A DNA stretch of 64,000 nucleotides from an uncultured Acidobacteriota bacterium (GCA_963843575.1 CAWJKZ010000024.1:416001-480000), one strand, 5' to 3'. Positions 1 to 10,348 are shown, counted from the stretch's first letter. Program-made: numbers and translations. The notes: a model not told the origin generated them from the sequence alone.

Positions 1-1
1 T

Positions 2-613
2 CCTGACGGGAAGAATATCGCTTTCGATTCCACCAGATCGGGGAGTAACGACATCTATGTGGTGAGCGCAGAAGGAGGGCCGGTGCGCCGGATCACGCCA
101 GATCCCACGGAAGATGCGGTCCCACGCTGGTCACGGGATGGTCGTTGGATATATTTCGGCTCGAACAGGGGCGGAAGCTGGCGGATCTGGAAGGTGCCGT
201 CCGATGGAGGCAACGCGATTCAGATCACCAGGGACGGAGGCCTGGTGGCCCGCGAATCAGCCGACGGGCAGTTTGTGTACTACCGTGGTTATTATGATCT
301 TCAGAAAAGAGGTATCTGGCGAGTTCCCGTTGCGGGCGGCCCGGAGACGCTTGTACTGGACAGGCAGATTCCTCTCTGGACTTGGCATTTAACGGGCCGG
401 GGCATCTACTTTATCGATCACAATGCTAAGCCTGTGGCGATCATATGCTTTTACGATTTTGCGACCCAGCGTGTAAGAAATCTGGCTCCCGTCCATAGTG
501 ATCCGGCCTTTCGGATAGGAGGGGGCTTCAGCGTCTCGCCTGACGATAAGTGGCTTGTCTACGAGGGTGGGATCGTCGCTTCCGATATTAGGATGATCGA
601 CAACTTCCGCTGA
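2..613 (+). CDS. C-terminal part of a TolB-like/PD40 beta-propeller protein (starts before the window)
   Basis: Frame is open from base 2 (PDGKNIAFDSTRSGSNDIYVV). Repeated PD40 motifs: PRWSRDGRWIYFGSNRGG, ESADGQFVYY, SVSPDDKWLVY. Confidence 0.85.
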   Translation, partial: PDGKNIAFDSTRSGSNDIYVVSAEGGPVRRITPDPTEDAVPRWSRDGRWIYFGSNRGGSWRIWKVPSDGGNAIQITRDGGLVARESADGQFVYYRGYYDLQKRGIWRVPVAGGPETLVLDRQIPLWTWHLTGRGIYFIDHNAKPVAIICFYDFATQRVRNLAPVHSDPAFRIGGGFSVSPDDKWLVYEGGIVASDIRMIDNFR

Positions 614-933
614 CCGAATGGGTGGACTCGTCGCGATCCGTCAAACAGCATGCTGCGGAAGGAGGAACCATTGGTCTCTGCGCCCGAGGTTTCCGATCGA
701 CTCCCCGTCTCAGGTCGAGGAGATAAATGCCCGATCCCGCCGTCTCGTAGGCCTTGGCGTTGAACCCATGATCGGAGGCGGGGTTCCCGGTTCGCGTTGT
801 GGGCCTCATACTTGGTCTCAATGGCCCGGTGTACCCTGTCCAACCGGTTGGACCCCAGCACTGCGGTTCGTCGGCTGGCGGGAACCTCTGCTAAAATTAC
901 GCATTGCGATCACTTTTGCCAGGCGTCACTCCG

Positions 934-1012
934 ATGCGGCTCTGCCGTGCTCCCGCACCATTCGATGACCCCGCATGGATTTTTGTGCTGAAACACGACA
1001 GTCATCGAATTG
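934..1012 (+). pseudogene. ATP-dependent DNA ligase (LigD/LigC-type) N-terminal remnant
   Basis: PMRLCRAPAPFDDPAWIFVLKHDSHR resembles the PFDxxxWxFExKxDGxR motif I region. Similarity is lost immediately afterwards. Confidence 0.55.
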
Positions 1013-1150
1013 TTACCGCACTGACAGCAAGCGGGCATGGTCATGTGAATTTCTGGGGGTCACCCGCAACGCCGGACTACGCTTGTGCCTCTTCGGCTCG
1101 CTTTTGTTCTGTGAGCACATCCACTCATCCTGGCTCTAATCTCGTTCATA

Positions 1151-1260
1151 GTGGCAGGATTGACTGAACGCGACGACTCCGTAGTCCATGACTCTGCAAT
1201 ACTTGTCGGGCCCAGCGGGCAGATTCTAGCCAAGCATCGAAAGATCAATATCCTAAAATG
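1151..1260 (+). pseudogene. carbon-nitrogen hydrolase (nitrilase family) internal remnant
   Basis: AGLTERDDSVVHDSAILVGPSGQILAKHRKINIL matches the GxxERxxxxxYNSAxLIGPxGxxxxxxRK segment. No other part of the gene is present. Confidence 0.6.
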
Positions 1261-1407
1261 GCCGAAGCCACAGAACTCAGGTAACGTCTATTTACGTTGC
1301 CGGAAGGTAAACAGGCTGAATCGGGGGATCAGCTCCTTGAAGTTGGAGTACCATTCAATGCAAACCAGCCTGGAGCGTCGGTTCAGCGCAGGATTGATGT
1401 TGAAAAC

Positions 1408-1882
1408 GGTATGCGGACATTCCTGGAGAACCACGTAAAGCAGTTGGTGTCGGTGGACTTCTTCGTGGTGCCGACCGTGAGTTTGCGAATCCTGTATGTG
1501 TTCCTGGTTCTGGCTCAATGAACGCAGACGCGTTGTGCATTTCAACGTGACCGAGCATCCGACTGCAGAGTGGGCGGCGGCGAAGCTGATGCAGGCATTC
1601 CCTTGGGACACGCCGCCGCGTTACCTGCTTCGGGACCGTGATGGAGTCTATGGTGAGGCCTTCCGGACACTGGCGGCCGACATGGAGATCACAGCAGTGC
1701 TCACAGCTCCACGCTCTCCCTGGCAGAGCCCATATGTCGAAAGGCTGATCGGCTCCATTCGCCGCGAATGCCCGGATCACGTTTTCGTGTTGAATGAGTC
1801 CTCGCTGCGGCGGCAGATCGCCGGCTCTTCGGGCTTCCGCAATGACTCCGTTTGATCCGGATCGAGTTTTCAGTAACGACAG
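1408..1882 (+). mobile_element. degenerate rve/integrase-core transposase fragment with a probable right end
   Basis: RTFLENHVKQLVSVDFFVVPTVSLRILYVFLVLA, then a frameshift near 1518, then RRRVVHFNVTEHPTAEW...YLLRDRDGVYG...APRSPWQSPYVERLIGSIRRECPDH. Ends in GATCGAGTTTTCAGTAACGACAGG, which resembles the terminus of such elements. Confidence 0.85.
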
Positions 1883-1913
1883 GGCACAGAGCTCGGCTAC
1901 AACGGGCGTCATG

Positions 1914-4900
1914 CTACGGTATCACAGGCAAAGCGGCCATCCCGGCCGGACTCAGCCGCAGTGCCATGGCGCAAATCGGCTGCGAGGCTTCGATTACCAG
2001 GGTCCCCCGGAATTTTGCGAGGTTTACCGGCTTGCCTGCGAACAATTCTGCGGGAAAGCGCGCAATCTGGGCATAGCCCGCGAGGGTTGTTTCAGCCCTG
2101 GCGCCCACAATCGGCAACCCATTGGTGTCGGTCAGGGTCAGGGATATGCTGACGGTGTCTGCGCCCGGGTTGGAAAGCGCGATGCCAGCTTCCAGGTAGG
2201 CGGAACTGTCGATGTCCAGCGGAACCGCCTGACGCGCCGCAGGACGGCTTGCTGCCAGGCCCCCCAGGCCCAGGACCCCGGAAAAAAGGAGTGCGCTTCT
2301 GACCGGGATCTCCGACTTCATTTCGACGGAACCAACCGCCAGTGGACCGAGTCCGTCCGTAGCGAGCCAAAGTGCTGCGCCGGGTGCCAGGTTGAACGGA
2401 TAGTTTCCGTCGGTCCAGATGCCGTTGAACGTCACTCCGAGCGATTGTCCCTGGCTGCCGCGCAACTTCAGGATCCCCGCGCACGGTTGACTGAGGGAAG
2501 GATTCACCAGGATCAGAGTCGAGGCGAGTCCCTCTCCATTTACGAACTGAGAAAAGTAGACGGGTTCGGCGGCAACCTCTTTGGAAATGCGGCGGATCGT
2601 GTGGTTGTCCCTGTCGGCGACGAAAATCGTCCCGGACGGATCAACGGCGAGGCCGGACGGTATCGCAAACCGCGCGGCAGTTCCTGCTCCGTCGGCGTTT
2701 CCCGACAGCGACGTATTTGGCGTCGTGTTGATTTTCGAAGAGCCCGCCAGCGTTGTCACAAATCCGTCCCTGGTCACGTGGCGCACAACCCACCCGTCGG
2801 AAACGTACACGCCGTCGGATGAATCGATCGCGAGTCCCATGGGATAGCCAAACAGCGCGGTTTCCGGCGGCCCATTCATGCCGCCATGAAGGCCCGGAGT
2901 GCCCGCGAGGGTCGTGACGATTCCTTCAGGGGAGATCTTCCGAATTACACAGTTGTTGTAGTCGGCGACCAGCAGGTTGTTCCTGGAATCGAGCGCGATC
3001 CGCTGCTGGCCATCGAAACGGGCGTTCTCGCCGGTGCCGTCGGCATATCCCGGCACCCCGGCGAGCCCCGCGATGGTTGTGACACTGCCGCCGGGCGCGA
3101 TTTTGCGGATCGTGTGGTTGGATGTGTCGCTCACATAGATCGTCCCCGAGGCGTCGATCGCAATCCCTCGAGGATAGTTGAACCGCGCCGCCGCGGCGCT
3201 TCCATCCGCGCTGCCCTGTTCGCCAGCCGAGCCCGCAATCGTGGTAACCGTGCCATTGGCGGCGAGCTTGCGGATGGTATGGTTCCCGTAATCCGCGATG
3301 AATATGTTGCCTGCGCCGTCCGCGCACAGACTTCGGGGAGTGTTGAAACGGGCTGACCCGCCGATGCCATCCTGCGCGCCGCTGCTGCCCGCCAGGCCCG
3401 CGACGGTCGTGACGACACCCAGTGCGCTGATCTTGCGGATCGTGTGACTGGCCGTATCCGCCACGTAAAGGTTTCCGGCTCTATCGGCGGCAATGTCGTT
3501 GGGGGAAGCAAAGCGTGCCTCCCGCAGGGCCCCATCGGCGGAACCGCGGCTGCCGGCCTCCCCCGCATAGGTCGAGACGATCCCGACAGGCGTCGGTTTG
3601 CTGAGGCGATCGACGGGTCCCACCGGAAGCGTCGTGAACTGTCCAGACTCGGCCTGGAGCATGGCCACCCCGTTGAAGGGAAGGGAGGACGTGGCCAGAA
3701 GCGTCCCTCTCGCTTCGGTCAGATCGAAGGCTGGAAACATCTCGTCTGCATACTTCATGAACTGTCCGTGGGGAACGAGCCGCACCGATGTCTGCGCTCC
3801 CGGGACAGGTTCGCCATCCGTTGCGCGCAGTTGCATCGCGACTACGATCTCCTCGGAATTCGGATTGGAAAGTGCGATACCGCCACGAATGCCCGTGGAG
3901 CGGTCGGATGACACCGGAAGGACAAGGCTGGTCGTGGCGAGAGAGGAAGCTGAAAGGCCGGCGATACCACTCGTGCCCGCCAGCACGATTGATGCATCGA
4001 CGGGAGAGTCCGACCCGACCTCGATCGAGCCGGTTATCAGCTCGCCCTGACCGTCCGTGAAATACTGCGCGCTGCCTCCCGGAGGCAGCGCGAAATCGAA
4101 AAGGCCGTCACGGGGCACACCGTTTATGGCCAGGCGCAGCGGAGTGCCGCCTGTGGAGAAGAGGCTGACCGTACCCGACGCCTGCTGCGTGGCGGATGGG
4201 TTCACAAGCACAAGGGTGGACCGGATGCCGGCTCCATTCGCCAGGTGCGCGATAAATCGCGCATTGTTGTTGATCGTAACGGTAAAGCCCGTGTCGTAGG
4301 CCGATTCGACAGCGATGGAGACGCCATTTCCCGGGTCCTGAAAGAGCCTGCCCGGGACGAACATGGGTCCCTCGTCGCCCGTGAATTCGTTCATGTCCGG
4401 GTCCATGACGTGGGCCGGTCTCCATTCCGACCCCAGTCCCCACTGTCCCGAAGCAATACGGTCGGGGTCGACGTCGTAGAGGATCACGGCATCGCCATAT
4501 AGTCCGGTGTCGTAACCGACGCGCTGGCGGGCTTCCGCAGTGTAAAAATGTTCGTGAAGACCTGGCAGCGGGATTTGAGCCATTTTGAAAGCCCGGGTCA
4601 TCGGCAGGGCCAGTCTCTCCAACTGTATGGTCTTTTGCGTACCCGGCAACGCGGTATATTTCTCATCCGGGCGAATCCACCCCAGCAGGTCCTTGTGGTA
4701 GGCATTCGTGTGGATCGCCTGAAGGCCGAACTCTGGATCCGTGACCCTGGAGGCCCAGTGACTCATCACGTCCCAGTAGTTGTCATAGGTGCCGCCGTAA
4801 CCTGCCGACGAATGCGGCAAACCGAACGCGTGGCCAATCTCATGCGCGAACCCGTAGTGGCTGGAGTTGCGTTCATGCCCATAAACACCGTGAAACAGGT

Positions 4901-5687
4901 CGGCGGGATGCCAGGTGGCGCCCCAGGTGCGTTGCACGCCATCCAGGGGCAACCTCACAATCCCGCCGTAAGCGGCGTACTTTGCGCCGAAAAAATCGTT
5001 GAACACCATCGTAATGCCGGCGTAGGCGGGGAAGTAGACATCGCGGTCCGCCACCGCGGTGGCGTCCAGCAGTGTCCGTCCCTGATCCGGCCACACGGAG
5101 TCGCCATACACGTAGTAGGAACGCGGATGAGGCAAAACATACCAGCCCACGACGCGGGGAGCTCCGAGGTTGATAACATCGTATGAGACCTCGCGCCAGT
5201 AGTGATCTATCCCGGGGAACGTGGACGCAAACATCGCCTGGTAGAAACCTGGCGTCCGCGGCTCATCGGACACATCCGGAAATTTGCAGAGAATGATGAG
5301 CCAGGGCTGCGGTCCGGACTTGAGACTGGGCAAGGTGGCGGACTGGCGGACAAGTCCCGCCCGGAAAGGCGGCGAGATGAAACGAACAGAGGTGACTCTG
5401 AGGCCTGCACCGTCGATCCACTCGCCACTCACTTCGGCAAAGCGCGGCGAGAGGTCACCGGCGCTGGGGATCACTCCAGGTACATCGGGGGCGAGCGTGA
5501 GATTTGTAGCGTTCCCGGCTGCATCGATGAGGAAATGCCGGACTCCGGAGCGACCTTCCGGGTCGTCAAAACAGATGGTGTGAAACCATCCGATCAGCAC
5601 AATCCCGTCGTTGGGAGGGTGATGGCCCGGCGGCACAGCGCCTAACACTGCGGACAAGAGAACGAGCAGCGGCAATATCCCCGGCAT
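1914..5687 (-). CDS. secreted M6-like zinc metallopeptidase with two copies of an Acidobacteria-type beta-sandwich module flanking NHL repeats
   Basis: Signal peptide; LIILCKFPD...YWREVSY; AHEIGHAFGLPH zinc motif; WDVMS Met-turn; about six NHL repeats (ARFxxPxxIAxDxxGNLYVADxxNHTIRKI); duplicated module FxxxxNGxGxxSTLxLVNPS. Confidence 0.85.
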   Translation of the reverse strand: MPGILPLLVLLSAVLGAVPPGHHPPNDGIVLIGWFHTICFDDPEGRSGVRHFLIDAAGNATNLTLAPDVPGVIPSAGDLSPRFAEVSGEWIDGAGLRVTSVRFISPPFRAGLVRQSATLPSLKSGPQPWLIILCKFPDVSDEPRTPGFYQAMFASTFPGIDHYWREVSYDVINLGAPRVVGWYVLPHPRSYYVYGDSVWPDQGRTLLDATAVADRDVYFPAYAGITMVFNDFFGAKYAAYGGIVRLPLDGVQRTWGATWHPADLFHGVYGHERNSSHYGFAHEIGHAFGLPHSSAGYGGTYDNYWDVMSHWASRVTDPEFGLQAIHTNAYHKDLLGWIRPDEKYTALPGTQKTIQLERLALPMTRAFKMAQIPLPGLHEHFYTAEARQRVGYDTGLYGDAVILYDVDPDRIASGQWGLGSEWRPAHVMDPDMNEFTGDEGPMFVPGRLFQDPGNGVSIAVESAYDTGFTVTINNNARFIAHLANGAGIRSTLVLVNPSATQQASGTVSLFSTGGTPLRLAINGVPRDGLFDFALPPGGSAQYFTDGQGELITGSIEVGSDSPVDASIVLAGTSGIAGLSASSLATTSLVLPVSSDRSTGIRGGIALSNPNSEEIVVAMQLRATDGEPVPGAQTSVRLVPHGQFMKYADEMFPAFDLTEARGTLLATSSLPFNGVAMLQAESGQFTTLPVGPVDRLSKPTPVGIVSTYAGEAGSRGSADGALREARFASPNDIAADRAGNLYVADTASHTIRKISALGVVTTVAGLAGSSGAQDGIGGSARFNTPRSLCADGAGNIFIADYGNHTIRKLAANGTVTTIAGSAGEQGSADGSAAAARFNYPRGIAIDASGTIYVSDTSNHTIRKIAPGGSVTTIAGLAGVPGYADGTGENARFDGQQRIALDSRNNLLVADYNNCVIRKISPEGIVTTLAGTPGLHGGMNGPPETALFGYPMGLAIDSSDGVYVSDGWVVRHVTRDGFVTTLAGSSKINTTPNTSLSGNADGAGTAARFAIPSGLAVDPSGTIFVADRDNHTIRRISKEVAAEPVYFSQFVNGEGLASTLILVNPSLSQPCAGILKLRGSQGQSLGVTFNGIWTDGNYPFNLAPGAALWLATDGLGPLAVGSVEMKSEIPVRSALLFSGVLGLGGLAASRPAARQAVPLDIDSSAYLEAGIALSNPGADTVSISLTLTDTNGLPIVGARAETTLAGYAQIARFPAELFAGKPVNLAKFRGTLVIEASQPICAMALRLSPAGMAALPVIP

Positions 5688-6380
5688 GATGCCTCCTGCT
5701 AAGGTCCGACCGAATAAAAACCCATTATCGACCTAAAACGGGTCTCCGGATCAGAATCTTCCTCACGAGAGGAAGGACGAGACTCACCGAGAGCATTTCG
5801 AACATCCCCGACAACAGACAGGAGCGAGTGCATCAATCGATTCTCAGTGTGGCAGACATCTCGACGACGCAATGTTCAGAGCTGATACGCTGCGCTTGTG
5901 CTCCTGGCGACCCAACACCACAGCGGCGCACGGAGTCGGAGAGGATAGACATCTGACGTGGTCTGGAATCGCCAAGAGGCACGTATCCCGAAAGGCAGGG
6001 TAACTGCAAAGGCGGGTGAATCGACCTACGTTATTGACGGCAGGTGCAGCGGGAGTTTTATCAGACATCCATGAACCGATGATGCCTTTGGCTCGGATTA
6101 CCCAATGATCCAGCGAGGCCTCCTCCGCGGAATTCGAGTCGACGAGAACCATCGGGCACCGTGGAAGTGCTGACAGAAGAGCCCAGAGCACGGGCCTTGG
6201 GCTTGTGAATCCAGCACGGAACCGATAGGAACCGGGTAGGCCCAAACCCCGGTTGCAGCAGTCGGGTGATAGTGATACAAAATCCCTGCGGGGCCAGTTC
6301 CCCGGTAGGTCGACCTTCTTCTCGCAAACCATCTGTCTGATCCTGCGGGCGGCCGCATCGTGTGAAGCTGTCGAACAACA

Positions 6381-6902
6381 GTGATCGCATTCGGGATTCT
6401 GATTCTCCTTGAGAGAGGTGCTGCGGACTCGTTCGCGGCGTCGCAGGCGGTGCTCCTGCGCTCTCGAGAGCAGACCCTGCCGGACATCGCAGGCGTTGCT
6501 ACCTTTGCGGGGAAGGTGGGGGCGCAGCTGACGCCAATCCAGCCGGCGAAACGGGTTGTCGTCGCGGTCCTGTCCGAGACCCTCATTGAAGGCGACGCGG
6601 ACAAACTGCGCTCGGCCGTCCAGGCGATCTCCCAGCAGGTTCGATCGACGCACGAATTCTCGATTGCGCTGCTGCGTGCCGATTCCGTCGACATCTCGGG
6701 CCCCCTCAAGAGTCGGGCTCAGATCCAGGCTGCACTCAGGACTGCCGTCCGGCAGGCTGCTCCGGAGTCGGCTGCAGCCGGCCCTCTTTCCGCCTACACG
6801 ATGCTTCTGAGGAACCTCGGGCAGCTGGGAATGGACTGGTCCTCGCTTCTTGTCGTCGGGCGGCTGGCTCCGCCTGATTACCCCCGCGTGGTGTATGCCT
6901 GA
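6381..6902 (+). CDS. hypothetical protein, possibly a truncated VWA-like domain
   Basis: 173-aa ORF with protein-like alternating alpha/beta pattern; no clear RBS; ends abruptly. Confidence 0.4.
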   Translation: MIAFGILILLERGAADSFAASQAVLLRSREQTLPDIAGVATFAGKVGAQLTPIQPAKRVVVAVLSETLIEGDADKLRSAVQAISQQVRSTHEFSIALLRADSVDISGPLKSRAQIQAALRTAVRQAAPESAAAGPLSAYTMLLRNLGQLGMDWSSLLVVGRLAPPDYPRVVYA

Positions 6903-6996
6903 ACCCTCCGCGGGACAACAACCTGGACCTGATCGCAGGTGCCGGACAGCCACACTGTCAAGGCCGGGGCCCTCTATGGTGAGCGCACATCCCGGC

Positions 6997-8028
6997 CTAC
7001 CGTGACGGTTCGGCTTCCCGGATGAATCGGGTCTGCTCCTCGCGCAGACGAGCCAAATGCCAACGGCCCGGGTGGACGAACACCCGATAGCGCAAGAGAA
7101 GTTGCCGGCCCGCGCCCAGGGTGTAGGGCTCCAGCTGCAGCAGCGAGGCGTTCAGAAACCAGAAGGGCACCGACGGGTCGACGATGCCGTACCAGCGGGT
7201 CGGGGCCCGCGGATTGGGGGGGTGATCGAAAAACGCAACGCCTGCGGTATCGCCGTCTATTTCTCCGCTGAACTCGGCGGCCCAAGCAGCGAACCCGTAT
7301 CTGTTCTTGGCCAGCGCACCGGTATCGCCGGTCGCAGCGATGACCGGGTTGCTCAGTTCCCGCGCCAGGCGGATCGACAAGCCCGCGTAACCGCCCCGTG
7401 CAATCCCGTCCGGAGTCGTGTCCGGGGGCGTTCGGTCCAGTACCACGGCCTCGTTTCCGGCTGTGAAGTCCAGGCGCCAGTCCATGAAGTAGCTGCCGTC
7501 GGGGGCGGGTGATGAGATCCGGATGACCCGTTGCTCGGTGAGGATGTCCTGAACGGCTTTCTGCGGACGGTACTTCAGGTCCAGGGTAACGACGGCGGAG
7601 TAGTCCGGCTGCATATCGACCCTGACATTGGACCACTTCGTGGCCCCGTCCGGGTTCTCTTCCCAGTAATTGACTCCATTCAGGTACTTCCAGCAGAAGA
7701 ACAGGGCGAAGTGGTAGGGGTGGTCTTTCGGGCTCAGCCAGGTCAAGGCTGGCCCGCCGGGCAGGGCCACGGGATGAAAGTAGGCAATCGTTTGGCCGGG
7801 CGCATAGTTGAATTGCCAGATTGTCCTGTCCCCCTTCAGGAGCGCAGCGGTTCCCGCGTCCCGGCGCCAGCTGAAACTCGCCGTGTCCTGCCGCACGGCC
7901 CGGCTGTGCGGGGCGAGCGCCAGGGCCAGTGCCAGAACGACCGCGCCGCGGCGGCACGCACGCGCTCCAGGCGAGGCGAAAGAACTCGCCTCGAGGGCTC
8001 GACGACTCCAAGAATCTCGAAGAGGCAT
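6997..8028 (-). CDS. PmoA-like (DUF6807) secreted protein
   Basis: YFHPVALPGG...DHPYHFALFF, GGYAGLSIR, FDHPPNPRAPTRW motifs. Signal-like hydrophobic stretch. Start placed at the ATG just after the upstream stop; start is uncertain. Confidence 0.8.
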   Translation of the reverse strand: MPLRDSWSRRALEASSFASPGARACRRGAVVLALALALAPHSRAVRQDTASFSWRRDAGTAALLKGDRTIWQFNYAPGQTIAYFHPVALPGGPALTWLSPKDHPYHFALFFCWKYLNGVNYWEENPDGATKWSNVRVDMQPDYSAVVTLDLKYRPQKAVQDILTEQRVIRISSPAPDGSYFMDWRLDFTAGNEAVVLDRTPPDTTPDGIARGGYAGLSIRLARELSNPVIAATGDTGALAKNRYGFAAWAAEFSGEIDGDTAGVAFFDHPPNPRAPTRWYGIVDPSVPFWFLNASLLQLEPYTLGAGRQLLLRYRVFVHPGRWHLARLREEQTRFIREAEPSR

Positions 8029-8033
8029 ACTCG

Positions 8034-9374
8034 TCAGGTCGTCTTCAGGTAGTCCGTTCCGAAGGGAGCTCGCTGTTCTCTCCGGAGCATCGCGTTTGCC
8101 TGATCGCTGTTCTTGAACTTCTCCTGCTGGGCATCCCACTGAAGCACCCCCGGCACCTTCATGGCGATGTGGCTGATCAGGCAGAGAGTGCAGGCCCTGT
8201 GCCCCATCTCCACAGTGGAGATGGGTTGTTTCCGGCTCCTGATGCAGTCAAGCCAGTTGCCGTGGTGCTCGGTCGTCATATACAGGTGAATCTCGGTCTC
8301 CTTGATCTCCGAGGATAGTATCCGCGGATCGCCGGCATCGAGCTTCGGGGTGCCCGCATGAGTCACAAAAATCCAGCCCGTTTCCCCCTCGTACTTTATG
8401 CCGTACGGGTATCCCGTCCCTGCAAACAAGGTGATGCCGTTGCCGTAGACTGCTTTCAGCATGAAATCGCCATGGACGTTCCATATCCCCGAGCGAGGGA
8501 ACTGTGCAACGGCCTGTATCGAAGACGGTCCGGTGAGCTCGGTGTCCATGCCCCAGGCTGCATAGTCGAAGAAGTGCGATCCCCAGCCCGTGATCATTCC
8601 CGCCCCGAACTGTTCATTCCGCAGCCACCCGGGTCTTGAATAGTCGTTCTGGGGATGCACCCTGAGCTCGTTGTAGAAAACCTGGGGCGTCGATCCCAGC
8701 CAGGTATTGTAGTCCAGGGTTGCGGGAACCGGCTCTTCCCCGACTTCAGGCCCGGGAGGATCGCCCGGCATACCTATCTTGACCGTGTGCAGTTTTCCTA
8801 TCCTCCCGTTCCGCACCAGTTCCGCGGCCTTCCGATATTGCGGATCGGACGAACGGCACTGCGCTCCGACCTGCAGTATTACCCCCTTCCTGTTCACGAC
8901 GTCGCTGAGTAGCCTGCCCTCTCTGATGGTAAGGGTCAGGGGCTTCTGGATATAGATGCCCTTGCCGGCAAGGGCCGCCTCGATGGCCGGCTGCGCATGC
9001 CACTGGTCCGGGGTGCTGATGATGACGGCATCGATCGAGGGATCGCGAAGCATCTCCCGGTAGTCCGAGAACATCCTGACGTCGAGGTAGTGCGTCCTGC
9101 CGGTCTTCTTGTCGTAATAGTCCTCGATCATCCTCTTGCCGTCGGCCATGCGCCTGCGGTCGAGATCGCACACCGCGACCACCCTGGCCGTATCGTATTT
9201 AAGTATCTCCGGCAGGTTGTGGTCACGGGCGATCCGGCCGCAACCGATCTGGCCGATGTTTACCCTGTCGCCGGGAGGAATGATTCCTGTCGCATGAGAA
9301 CGGGCGATGGAAGGTGCGACGAAGGTCCCGGCGGCCCCCGCGATGGTGTTTTTTAAAAAGCGTCGTCTGTTCAT
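8034..9374 (-). CDS. Tat-exported Gfo/Idh/MocA oxidoreductase
   Basis: MNRRRFLK Tat motif; IGCGRIA; ISTPDQWH; YIQKP; ITGWGSH. Confidence 0.92.
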   Translation of the reverse strand: MNRRRFLKNTIAGAAGTFVAPSIARSHATGIIPPGDRVNIGQIGCGRIARDHNLPEILKYDTARVVAVCDLDRRRMADGKRMIEDYYDKKTGRTHYLDVRMFSDYREMLRDPSIDAVIISTPDQWHAQPAIEAALAGKGIYIQKPLTLTIREGRLLSDVVNRKGVILQVGAQCRSSDPQYRKAAELVRNGRIGKLHTVKIGMPGDPPGPEVGEEPVPATLDYNTWLGSTPQVFYNELRVHPQNDYSRPGWLRNEQFGAGMITGWGSHFFDYAAWGMDTELTGPSSIQAVAQFPRSGIWNVHGDFMLKAVYGNGITLFAGTGYPYGIKYEGETGWIFVTHAGTPKLDAGDPRILSSEIKETEIHLYMTTEHHGNWLDCIRSRKQPISTVEMGHRACTLCLISHIAMKVPGVLQWDAQQEKFKNSDQANAMLRREQRAPFGTDYLKTT

Positions 9375-10159
9375 GATCGCTCCACCCGGCTTCTAATTCC
9401 GGGAAGTCTGTGCGCTGCAAACCTGTCGAGAAAGAGAACCGCGTCGTCGTGCATCCTGAGGACCGAGGCAGGACAGGAGGTGCTGATCTCGTGAACCAAC
9501 GCCTTGTACACCGCCTCGGACTTTCGCTCGTCAGGCACCGTGCAACAAAGAAACCTGCAGTCCATGATCGCCGTCACGGTCAGGGTGACGGCGCTTGCGG
9601 GAACGTCGTTAAGCGAAGGGAACCATCCCTCACCGACCTGCTGTTTCCGGCAGGCCTCGTCCAGCTCCACCACTTTCAGGTATTCGGGGTCGTTGAAATC
9701 GGCCACACCGGGATCGTTGAACGCGATATGCCCGTTCTCGCCGATCCCTATGCAGGCAACGTCGACAGGGTCGGCTTTCAGCAGCTTTTCGTACCGTCTC
9801 ATCTCGGAGGCCATGTCGGGTGCGTCCCCCGCAAGATAGTGGATGCTGCGCGGACGGACTCGCTCAGCGATGCGCTCCCGCAGGAACCTCCGGAAACTCG
9901 CCGGGTGACTGTCGTGGATCCCGATGTATTCGTCCAGGTGAAACAGGTTGATCCTCGTCCAGTCGATGTTCAGTCCAAGGAGCGCGTCGTGCAGGGGATA
10001 CTGTGACGCGCCGGTTCCGAGTATCAGGCCGGCACACCCTCGTTGTTCAACAGCCCGCGCGAGCCTGGCGGCTACCGCGACGGCGGCCATCATTCCCATT
10101 TCCGACGCCGTCGGACTGACCTCGACCCTGAGCCTGTCCTTAACAAACTGGAACGTCAT
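9371..10159 (-). CDS. nagB: glucosamine-6-phosphate deaminase family protein
   Basis: GTGASQ, FHLDEYIGI...HPASFR, GIGENGHIAFNDP, CPASVLRMH. Overlaps the downstream gene by 4 bp. Confidence 0.85.
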   Translation of the reverse strand: MTFQFVKDRLRVEVSPTASEMGMMAAVAVAARLARAVEQRGCAGLILGTGASQYPLHDALLGLNIDWTRINLFHLDEYIGIHDSHPASFRRFLRERIAERVRPRSIHYLAGDAPDMASEMRRYEKLLKADPVDVACIGIGENGHIAFNDPGVADFNDPEYLKVVELDEACRKQQVGEGWFPSLNDVPASAVTLTVTAIMDCRFLCCTVPDERKSEAVYKALVHEISTSCPASVLRMHDDAVLFLDRFAAHRLPGIRSRVERS

Positions 10160-10348
10160 GTTCCTGGCTCCCGCAACCGGAACTCGTCAGCCTGCGTCGC
10201 AACTCCGCGACCTCCTCGAAAATCGCCGCAACCTGCGCGTCGGTGACGGCGCTGTCCATGTTGATGCGTGCCACCACCACGGGTGAAGCACGACCTCCAC
10301 CGGAACCGGCTCGCACTCGACAAACGGATTACCGTGACAGCTGTCCAT
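10141..10348 (-). pseudogene. internally deleted gene remnant (N-terminus joined out of frame to C-terminus)
   Basis: ATG at 10348 gives ...PVEVVLHPWWWH. A shifted frame then gives INMDSAVTDAQVAAIFEEVAELRRRL. These resemble the two ends of a UroD/MetE-like hypothetical family (recalled, not searched). Confidence 0.5.

Noticed and set aside
2560-3560. Regularly spaced repeats such as gcggatcgtgtggttg, superficially array-like
   Set aside because: They are the coding NHL repeats of the 1257-aa protein, not CRISPR. No cas genes are present.
5700-6380. Long lower-GC intergenic stretch with a GAAA-loop hairpin (~5985) and ORF 5844..6953
   Set aside because: No match to any riboswitch or ncRNA consensus I know, and the ORF translations lack recognisable motifs.
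6997-8028. 'PmoA' label suggesting methane oxidation
   Set aside because: This family (DUF6807) is a soluble secreted protein found in sugar loci. No pmoB or pmoC is present.
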